From Candidatus Delongbacteria bacterium (GTDB taxonomy: Bacteria > UBA4055), in contig JAFGVM010000043.1 of NCBI GenBank assembly GCA_016937995.1, forward strand, positions 1 to 55,644: 55,644 nt of DNA, in the 5' to 3' direction. The position numbers were made by a program, and so were the translations under genes. The notes under the pieces were generated by a model. That model was not told the origin of the DNA and did not search any database. It saw only the letters and a program-made list of their open reading frames with translations. Numbering within the stretch: the stretch's first letter is position 1; every line of letters begins with the position of its first letter. Shown one piece after another: positions 19,359 to 27,623 of the stretch.

Positions 19359-21959
19359 GTGGAAAAAAGTTTATTTGCAGCTATATTATTAGGTGTTTTA
19401 AGTATTTTTGCAGAGAGTACAAATAATTTATTTGTGGCTAATATTGATTCAACTCTATACATCGCAACAAAGTATAATGGGAACTATGATCTTATTACAA
19501 CTTGGGACAATTGCATGGCTAATGACCTGTATACTTTCAGAACTGTGGCATTATATACAAATTCAGAAGATCATGTAAGCGAAGATGTAACAAGAACATA
19601 TTATGAGCCTATTTTAAGAGCTATAACAACTGATAATATCGGACCTATTGCATTCAATGGGGATTTTGCAGGAGGAAATCACACATATACAGATTCTCTA
19701 TCAAATACATACAAAACAGCAAAAACAACAAAGATCGAAATTTATATAAACGATGAAATTATAACTGGAAATTTTTCAACCTATACAGATGAAGTGATTA
19801 TAAAAGTATCAAATGACATTTACAATCCAATTGAACTTCCTGTTGAGAATGTGTACATAAACGAAAATATCGAATATCGAGTTTTTGATAAGTCAATCGA
19901 AGTAAAAGTTGAACATGTAATTAAACACGATCTATATGTTAATAGTTATTACGGGATGCAGGCAGCAAATAACGCTGATATGCAAAAATATATATCCATG
20001 ATTAATAGCCAATACACATCTCAACAAATAATGTCAAGTGGACTTACTGCAGGAATTATTTCCGATTATCCGAACTGCTATAAAGCAATTCACTTCAATA
20101 ATGATAGTACTGTATGCCAGGAATTATTCATGTATCCCGATGAAGGATTATTTTCCAATAAGGAAAGTTATATAAGCCCAACTACATATTATTCAAGTAT
20201 TTTTGTTGGTGGTGGAACAGTACCTTTGCTCAAAACATACTTTAATCAGATAAGAAATAAAAATATGACCGCTGGAGATTCTTATTATTGGAAAGGTGTT
20301 TATAGTTGGTTTGATAATAATGAACTGAATACATATTATGTAAAAACTGACGGAAAAGACGAAGACACTGGACGATCTTGGGCTTCAGCTTTTGCTTCAT
20401 ATCAAAAAGCATATGACTCAGCAAGATCAGGTGAGCAGGTTTGGATTGCTGAGGGTACTTATAAACCAACTTTTGATTTCGAATTAGACTTGGGAGAAAA
20501 AGGGAAGCATTTCAAATTAAAAAACGGCGTAAAGTTTTATGGGGGATTCTCAGGTACTGAAACAAGCATTTTAGAAAGAAATTACAACATTTATAAAACC
20601 ATATTAAGCGGAGATATAGGTATTGCCAATGACAGTACTGATAATGTATACCATGTTTTCTATCATCCTGCAGGAACAGATTTGGATTCTACCGCTGTTA
20701 TAGACGGTTTTGTTATTACTAAAGGTGCAGCAAGTGCTCCAGAGGGTGATTATAGATTTGGTGCAGGAATTTTTAATTGGACTTCCAGCCCTACTATTAT
20801 TAATTGTGATTTTATCGAAAACTATTCAAATGGATATCTCGGTGGCGGTGGTGCTATGTATAACAATGTTCAGAGCAATCCCAAGATTACAAATTGTTAT
20901 TTTTTTAGAAATTTTGCAGCACATGATGGAGCTGGGATATTCAACATTGGAAGTTCTCCAATACTTACAAATTGTACATTTGCAGAAAATTATTGTGAGT
21001 TTGGAACAGTTTTTAATAATAACAATAGCAATGGAACATATACTAACTGTTTATGGGAAAATAATACTGTTACAGCAGGTGGTGGTGGTGTAATGAACTG
21101 GAACAGCAGTGCAACAATTGACAGATGTAAAATTATTAATAATCAGGCTTTGGGTTCATGTGGTGGGGGGATTTGGAATCAGGGAGCTTCTTCTTCACCT
21201 GTCATTACAAATACTCTTGTTGCAGATAATTACCTTACAAGTGAGTTATACGGCTGGGGCGGTGGGATTTATAACTACGATCAATGTAGTCCAACAATTA
21301 CAAACTGTACTATTGTTAATAATTATTCAAACAACCTTGGTGGTGGATTATTTATAAGAACATCTGATGTTGCTGTAGAAAACTGTATAATCTACAATAA
21401 TGATGCAGGAAATACTGGAGATGATATTTATGTTTATTCAGGAACTTCTTCCAATATTTACAATTCGTGCTATTCAAATTTAACGAATGATGTTTATGGA
21501 GATCTTACCCCTATCAATTGTATTACAAGTGATCCAATTTTCAAAAATATCGGGGATGATCCTTATTCAATAGCTTCAGATTCTCCATGTATTGATACTG
21601 GGGATAATTCATTTGTAAATACAAATCTGGATGTTATTGGTAATATCAGAATTATTGATGGAGACTTGAACACTATAGAGATAATTGATATGGGAGCTTA
21701 TGAAGCAAATACCTTCAGTTCTCCGGAAAATATCACAATAAATTATTCAGGGTCATATATAACAATTTCTTGGGACGAAGTTGCAAGTGCTAATTCTTAC
21801 GATATTTACTCTTCTGATAATCCATATGATTCATTTTCAAGAGTAGCTATTATTACAACAAATAGCTATGTAACAAACATATCATCGTCAAAACAGTTCT
21901 ACTACATAATTGCAAATACAAACGAGATAAAATCAATAAAACAATCTAGTTTGAAATAA
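19359..21959 (+). CDS. Secreted multidomain protein: unknown ~300-aa N-domain, right-handed beta-helix (pectin-lyase-like) repeats, choice-of-anchor-Q-like segment, C-terminal ~70-aa domain
   Basis: Signal peptide; GRSWASAF...WIAEGTYKP...YGGFSGTE; repeated GGG(I/M)(Y/W)N..SP.I.NC.F..N; SPCIDTG...DMGAYE. Confidence 0.8.
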   Translation: MEKSLFAAILLGVLSIFAESTNNLFVANIDSTLYIATKYNGNYDLITTWDNCMANDLYTFRTVALYTNSEDHVSEDVTRTYYEPILRAITTDNIGPIAFNGDFAGGNHTYTDSLSNTYKTAKTTKIEIYINDEIITGNFSTYTDEVIIKVSNDIYNPIELPVENVYINENIEYRVFDKSIEVKVEHVIKHDLYVNSYYGMQAANNADMQKYISMINSQYTSQQIMSSGLTAGIISDYPNCYKAIHFNNDSTVCQELFMYPDEGLFSNKESYISPTTYYSSIFVGGGTVPLLKTYFNQIRNKNMTAGDSYYWKGVYSWFDNNELNTYYVKTDGKDEDTGRSWASAFASYQKAYDSARSGEQVWIAEGTYKPTFDFELDLGEKGKHFKLKNGVKFYGGFSGTETSILERNYNIYKTILSGDIGIANDSTDNVYHVFYHPAGTDLDSTAVIDGFVITKGAASAPEGDYRFGAGIFNWTSSPTIINCDFIENYSNGYLGGGGAMYNNVQSNPKITNCYFFRNFAAHDGAGIFNIGSSPILTNCTFAENYCEFGTVFNNNNSNGTYTNCLWENNTVTAGGGGVMNWNSSATIDRCKIINNQALGSCGGGIWNQGASSSPVITNTLVADNYLTSELYGWGGGIYNYDQCSPTITNCTIVNNYSNNLGGGLFIRTSDVAVENCIIYNNDAGNTGDDIYVYSGTSSNIYNSCYSNLTNDVYGDLTPINCITSDPIFKNIGDDPYSIASDSPCIDTGDNSFVNTNLDVIGNIRIIDGDLNTIEIIDMGAYEANTFSSPENITINYSGSYITISWDEVASANSYDIYSSDNPYDSFSRVAIITTNSYVTNISSSKQFYYIIANTNEIKSIKQSSLK

Positions 21960-21996
21960 TTCCTAATTGTTGACTCCATATATTTACCAAATATTT

Positions 21997-22013
21997 GGGT
22001 GTGTAAATAATTT
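21997..22013 (+). repeat. 17-bp exact match to the tip of the IS terminal inverted repeat
   Basis: GGGTGTGTAAATAATTT equals the reverse complement of 75-91. Confidence 0.5.
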
Positions 22014-22060
22014 GCGTTATGAATATTACTATAAGAGAAAAAAAAATGAAAGTGAAAATA

Positions 22061-22687
22061 TTATGAGCTAAAATTCCTGATCACTTTACAGGGATTGCCA
22101 CCAGCTACAACATTAGCTGGGATATCTTTTGTTACAACACTATTTGCACCGATTACAGAATTTTTACCAATTGTAACACCTTTTAAAACAATAGAATTTA
22201 AACCCAGCCAAACATTATCTTCAATAACAACTTCCTTCGGCTCAGGAGATGTTCTTCTTTCTTCGGGTTCAACTCCGTGCCAGTCAAAATCAGTAATAGT
22301 AGTATTTGCACCACAAAGAACATCTTTACCTATCCTGATACTCTTTGCCGCAGAAATAACAGTACCACTAAAACCGCAATTATCACCTATAATGATCTCA
22401 GAATTTCTATAGATCGTGTTAATGATACATTTTCTATTTATTCCTACCAGATTGGATGCCTGATCAGAACGGAAAGAGCAGTTGTTTCCAATTTCCATTA
22501 CACTTTCAAATGATCTAACTGTTATAGGAATACTATAACATTTGAGATTTTTTCCATATTTCACCCCTCTAAGGATAAAAGAGATCTTTGTAAAAAAAGA
22601 ACTTGAATGTTTAAATATTTTCAACCTCAGATATCTGAATTTTAAAAATATATTACCTCTAATATCCTTTTTCAAATTTGATCCCAC
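22061..22687 (-). CDS. Hexapeptide-repeat acyltransferase
   Basis: ITDFDWH, VVIEDNVWLGLNSIVLKGVTIGKNSVIGANSVVTKDIP...GNP. Confidence 0.9.
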   Translation of the reverse strand: MGSNLKKDIRGNIFLKFRYLRLKIFKHSSSFFTKISFILRGVKYGKNLKCYSIPITVRSFESVMEIGNNCSFRSDQASNLVGINRKCIINTIYRNSEIIIGDNCGFSGTVISAAKSIRIGKDVLCGANTTITDFDWHGVEPEERRTSPEPKEVVIEDNVWLGLNSIVLKGVTIGKNSVIGANSVVTKDIPANVVAGGNPCKVIRNFSS

Positions 22688-22748
22688 GATGGTTATTTTA
22701 ATTAAATAAAGAAAAATAAATCAATTTAATCAAGTATATTTGTTATTT

Positions 22749-24218
22749 CTAGTTTTCTGAAATAGAAAGTTCTGAATCTTTACTTGAATTTTTAAAATTA
22801 TTTTCATCACTTTCCAATATAGGTATATTTTCAAATTCATCCATTTTGAAGGAAACTGTTATACCATTAAGATCCAGATTATTACTTTTAATTCCACCAA
22901 TAATTGCAAACATAAATATACTTAAAAAACCACTTCTACTTAAAAGAAACCCTGCCACAGAAAAGAAATAAAAGAAAAATCCCATTACATAATAATTTGG
23001 AAGACAATATGCAAAACTTCTGTTTTTGATGCTTTCATTAAAATTGAATCTAAAAAAATAAATGAATGTCATCGTGAAGATAATCATAGCAAATATTCCC
23101 TGCAAAAATGCTACTTCAAGGAACATATTATGTATACTCCCTTGTCTTCCTAATGCCCAGTACAGTCCTTGATCAGAGTCAACCATACCCTGAAAATACA
23201 CGTCATTATTAATGACATCCCCATACCCTATTGCCCAGGCATCTGGAATTGCTTTAATTATAAAACCGTAAAATACCATTCTAATTGTTATTGTATCTGC
23301 AAATACTCTGTCCTGAAAAGCTTTATTCGTAAAAACATCTGATTGTAAAATATAAGTACCTAATGTCAAGATTGTAAGAAATATTATCGTTGCGAATACA
23401 AATATATACCTTTTAAATGTGTTTCTAAAGTAGTAATACATATGGAATATTGAAACAAAAATAAATGATATCCATATTCCTCGGGTAAAAGTTAATATCA
23501 TACCAAGTAAAAAAAACATCACTAATATAATTTTATATTTTTTTTCCTTCACTGTATATATCACCGTATATACTGCAAATATTAAAAACAACCCATTATC
23601 ATAGGGTTGTAAAAATATGCCTGAAGATCTATGATAAGACATAAATGCGTTGTGAAATGCTCCGGTACGAAACACTTTTGTATCAATAAAAAACTGAATA
23701 AAAGAGAGAAATGATGATATGATTCCCATGAATATCGTTGCTTTGAATATACCTCTAAGCAAATCTCTGGTCATGAATCTTTTAACACCGAAATATATTA
23801 ATATCGCTGACAAAGCAAGCCTTGAAAATATAAATGCTCTTTTCCCACCGATGTTTCCCAGTTCATTATGAAGTCCGTATAGTAATATGGAAAGTAACAA
23901 ATACATAATCAAATACACTTCATATTTAATTTTCTGAGGTTTTATTAATTTATTATCCTTTGCCTTGCCTGCAATATACAACATAATATATAGCATTAAA
24001 AAAAAGTAGCCCAACAACTCATCTGCTTTTCTTAAATAATGGACATAAGGAACAGAACCTAAAACAATTCTGGACTGATATAGATTAAATGCTAAATACC
24101 AATAAACTATAATGAAATTAATTACTCTGTGATTTGATCTATCATTGATTGCAAGGTGAATAGTAAATACTAAACTTAAGGCAAAATATAGAAAAATATA
24201 AAAACCATATATATTCAT
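22749..24218 (-). CDS. O-antigen ligase/polymerase family membrane protein (Wzy_C)
   Basis: Many TM helices; RSSGIF..P, TFTRGIW, HNMFLEVAFLQGI motifs; operon context. Confidence 0.78.
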   Translation of the reverse strand: MNIYGFYIFLYFALSLVFTIHLAINDRSNHRVINFIIVYWYLAFNLYQSRIVLGSVPYVHYLRKADELLGYFFLMLYIMLYIAGKAKDNKLIKPQKIKYEVYLIMYLLLSILLYGLHNELGNIGGKRAFIFSRLALSAILIYFGVKRFMTRDLLRGIFKATIFMGIISSFLSFIQFFIDTKVFRTGAFHNAFMSYHRSSGIFLQPYDNGLFLIFAVYTVIYTVKEKKYKIILVMFFLLGMILTFTRGIWISFIFVSIFHMYYYFRNTFKRYIFVFATIIFLTILTLGTYILQSDVFTNKAFQDRVFADTITIRMVFYGFIIKAIPDAWAIGYGDVINNDVYFQGMVDSDQGLYWALGRQGSIHNMFLEVAFLQGIFAMIIFTMTFIYFFRFNFNESIKNRSFAYCLPNYYVMGFFFYFFSVAGFLLSRSGFLSIFMFAIIGGIKSNNLDLNGITVSFKMDEFENIPILESDENNFKNSSKDSELSISEN

Positions 24219-24246
24219 ACAATTTTTTCTTCTTTAATAAAAGAAT

Positions 24247-25248
24247 TTATTTTGATCTCAATTCATTTTTTAATTTTTCAATAACATTATGACTTTGAGC
24301 TTTTTCTTTAAATAAAACAATTAAAAATGCCATTATGAAAGATACAATGGTGTTTACGATAACAGTTTTTCTTTTAGTAGGTTTTACTGGTTTATCAAAA
24401 ATATCAGGTTGGTCTAAAATGTTAAGAACTGGTTTTTTTCTAACTTCTTCAATTTTTAGTAATTCAACTTGTTTTTGTAAAAGTAAAAGAACGCTTCTAG
24501 TCATCTCGATTTTATTTGATAGCCTTCTGTACTCCATTGTTAAAGTTGGAGCAACAATTTTTGAATTTTTTTCCTGAAAAATTACTAAATTTTCTTCATC
24601 CTGAATTAATTCAGCCTGAACTTCATTTAATCTATCTTCCGTAAATTTAATACTCTTAGTAATTTGTATATGCAATTCCATTTGTAAATATTCGGTTATT
24701 GCTTCACAATAATAATTAACGATATCAGTGCTTAATTTTTTATCTGTAGTTATAATTGATACGTTTATAAGTCCTGTTTCTTTATCATCTTTTATTTTCA
24801 CTACTCCGCCCAAATGTAATATCGCAGCTTCCATTATCCTTGTTTCAGGAAGATCAAGTTTATCTAACTTCCAGTATTGAATTAAATTAACTGAATCCTT
24901 AAATGCCTCTACTTTATACTTTTGCAGAATCACCATTTTAGAAATTCTTCTACTCTCCAATACTTCAGGTAAATAGTATCCTTCTGGTTTTGTTCCCAAT
25001 CCTAGAGATACTGCAAGTTCTTTCAAAGGTCCACCTTGATCTTTCGTAATTGGGTACAATGATACAAAAGACATGTACTGTGGTGTAGCTACCAAAACAT
25101 AAATAATGGATAATACACCAACAATTGATGTAAGTAAAAAAATAAATATCCTATATCTCCACATTATACCAAACAAATAATAAAAATCTATATCATTTTT
25201 TTGATTATTCGCTCTATTTATTTCTGATCTAATTTCATTCTCATGCAT
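24247..25248 (-). CDS. wzz: Chain-length determinant / polysaccharide co-polymerase
   Basis: Two terminal TM helices, coiled-coil middle, ILDQP...KP motif before the last TM. Confidence 0.82.
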   Translation of the reverse strand: MHENEIRSEINRANNQKNDIDFYYLFGIMWRYRIFIFLLTSIVGVLSIIYVLVATPQYMSFVSLYPITKDQGGPLKELAVSLGLGTKPEGYYLPEVLESRRISKMVILQKYKVEAFKDSVNLIQYWKLDKLDLPETRIMEAAILHLGGVVKIKDDKETGLINVSIITTDKKLSTDIVNYYCEAITEYLQMELHIQITKSIKFTEDRLNEVQAELIQDEENLVIFQEKNSKIVAPTLTMEYRRLSNKIEMTRSVLLLLQKQVELLKIEEVRKKPVLNILDQPDIFDKPVKPTKRKTVIVNTIVSFIMAFLIVLFKEKAQSHNVIEKLKNELRSK

Positions 25249-25277
25249 TAGTTTATACCTCGTAGAAAAACTTAAAT

Positions 25278-26543
25278 TTATAATCTTCCATCAATTTTAT
25301 TAATATTCAGTATGTTCTTAACATCATACACAACTGATTTGTCTCCATTCAATAAATCACCAATTTTAACTTTCTTAAATTCATCATGTGAAACTGCTGA
25401 TATTACCGCATTGTATTTACCCTGAAGTTTTGGTAAAAGCTTAACACCATACTCTTCTTTAACCTCATTCTTATCAGCCCATGGGTCATATACATAAATT
25501 TTACAACCAAATTCTTCCATCTCTTTAATAATGTCAATAACTCTTGAATTTCTAATATCCGGACAATTCTCCTTAAAAGTAATCCCTAATATTAAAACTT
25601 TAGAATTTTTAATCATTTGACCTTTTTTAATCATAAGCTTTGCTACCTTATTTGCAACGAACATGCCCATGTTATCATTTATTCTTCTTCCTGCAAGAAT
25701 CACTTCAGGGTGGTATCCGATCTCTTCAGCTTTATGAGTAAGATAATATGGATCAACACCTATACAATGCCCCCCTACTAAACCTGGTCTAAACGGTAAA
25801 AAATTCCATTTAGTACCTGCTGCTTCAAGAACTTCTATGGTATCAATTCCCATCCTATCAAATATTAAAGCTAATTCGTTCACAAAAGCTATATTGATAT
25901 CTCTTTGAGAATTTTCGATAACTTTGGCTGCTTCTGCAACTTTTATTGAAGAAGCTAAATGGGTCCCTGCCTTTATAATTTTTTTATAAAGTTCATCAAT
26001 TTTTTTTGCGCTTTTAGGAGTGGATCCACTTGTGATCTTTTTAATTGTGGTCAAGGTATGAACTTTATCTCCAGGATTAATTCTTTCCGGAGAGAATCCG
26101 CAATAAAAATCTTTATTAAAAACTAGATCCGAATCTTTTTCTAGGATTGGGACACATTCTTCTTCTGTAGCACCGGGATAAACAGTTGATTCATAAACAA
26201 CAATATCTCCTTTAGAAAGAACTTGAGCAACAGTTTTTGAAGCTCCTATGAGTGGTTTGAGATCTGGATTTTTATATTTGTCTATAGGCGTAGGAACAGC
26301 GATTATATAAAAATTACAGTTTTTTATATCTTCCAACTTATGAGTACATTTTAAATATTTAGAAGACATTAGATCTTTTGATTCAACCTCTAGTGTCTTA
26401 TCAATACCTTTATTTAATTCACTCACTCTTTTAGAGCTGATGTCAAACCCTACAGTAGGTAATATCTTTCCGAATTCTACTGCCAAAGGTAAGCCCACGT
26501 AACCTAGACCAATAACTGCTATTCTGATTTTTTCTTTTTTCAT
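25278..26543 (-). CDS. tviB: UDP-N-acetylhexosamine dehydrogenase (TviB/WbpO family)
   Basis: GLGYVGLP, ESTVYPG, SPERINPGD, KVIENSQRDINIAF, GGHCIGVDP, FKENCPD. Confidence 0.92.
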   Translation of the reverse strand: MKKEKIRIAVIGLGYVGLPLAVEFGKILPTVGFDISSKRVSELNKGIDKTLEVESKDLMSSKYLKCTHKLEDIKNCNFYIIAVPTPIDKYKNPDLKPLIGASKTVAQVLSKGDIVVYESTVYPGATEEECVPILEKDSDLVFNKDFYCGFSPERINPGDKVHTLTTIKKITSGSTPKSAKKIDELYKKIIKAGTHLASSIKVAEAAKVIENSQRDINIAFVNELALIFDRMGIDTIEVLEAAGTKWNFLPFRPGLVGGHCIGVDPYYLTHKAEEIGYHPEVILAGRRINDNMGMFVANKVAKLMIKKGQMIKNSKVLILGITFKENCPDIRNSRVIDIIKEMEEFGCKIYVYDPWADKNEVKEEYGVKLLPKLQGKYNAVISAVSHDEFKKVKIGDLLNGDKSVVYDVKNILNINKIDGRL

Positions 26544-26558
26544 TTTTCTCTCTCAAAT

Positions 26559-27608
26559 TTATTTATAGAACTCAAGGTACCAATCGATAAAATTTTTTAT
26601 ACCAATTTCTATTTCTGTGTTTGGTGTATAATTCAGATCATTGATAAGATCTTGAACATCTGCATGACTTGCCGGTACATCTCCTGGTTGTAATGGTAAC
26701 ATATTTTTCTTTGCTTCAATACCAAGATTTTTCTCAATAGCCTTAATAAAGTCCATCAGAAGGACTGGCCTGTTACTTCCTATATTATAAAGTCTATACG
26801 GAGAACTGGAGGTGCCAGGATCAGGGTTGCTTCCAGTCCAATTAAAATTTGGTGAAGCAGTATTATAAACAACTCTAGTTATACCTTCTATTATATCATC
26901 GACATAAGTAAAATCTCTTTTCATATTCCCATAATTATAAATATCTATCTCTTTGCCTTCCAGAATAGCCTTTGTGAAAAGGAACAATGCCATATCAGGT
27001 CTTCCCCATGGTCCATAAACAGTAAAGAATCTTAATCCGGTAGTCGGAATACCGTATAAGTGACTGTAAGTATGAGCCATTAATTCATTCGATTTTTTTG
27101 TAGCAGCGTATAAACTAACCGGATGATCTACATTGTCATGAATTGAAAATGGGTAATTTTCATTCATTCCATACACGCTTGAGCTACTTGCATAGACCAG
27201 ATGTTTTATATTGTTATATCTCGATGCTTCAAGTATGTTCATAAATCCAATGATATTTGAATTAATGTAAGCATCTGGATTTGTCAAACTATACCTTACT
27301 CCAGCCTGTGCAGCTAAGTTGCAAACATAATCGAACCGTTGTTCTTTAAACAACTTTAGGATATTTTCTTTATCTTCCAAATTAAGTTTGATAAATGAAT
27401 ACTTGCGAAATTTGTTGCTTTTTACAATTTTATTGTACTCAATTTTATGAACATCTATCCCTGTTTCTTTTAATCTACCAAATTTGATGTTAATATCATA
27501 GTAGTCATTGACATTATCCAACCCAACGATTTCATGGCCTTCATTTATTAATCTTAATGCAAGGTGAAAACCTATAAATCCTGCTGCTCCTGTGATCAAT
27601 ACTCTCAT
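26559..27608 (-). CDS. UDP-glucuronate 4-epimerase-like NAD-dependent epimerase
   Basis: [41 protein letters not shown]. Confidence 0.92.
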   Translation of the reverse strand: MRVLITGAAGFIGFHLALRLINEGHEIVGLDNVNDYYDINIKFGRLKETGIDVHKIEYNKIVKSNKFRKYSFIKLNLEDKENILKLFKEQRFDYVCNLAAQAGVRYSLTNPDAYINSNIIGFMNILEASRYNNIKHLVYASSSSVYGMNENYPFSIHDNVDHPVSLYAATKKSNELMAHTYSHLYGIPTTGLRFFTVYGPWGRPDMALFLFTKAILEGKEIDIYNYGNMKRDFTYVDDIIEGITRVVYNTASPNFNWTGSNPDPGTSSSPYRLYNIGSNRPVLLMDFIKAIEKNLGIEAKKNMLPLQPGDVPASHADVQDLINDLNYTPNTEIEIGIKNFIDWYLEFYK

Positions 27609-27623
27609 TAAATTCCCGAATGT

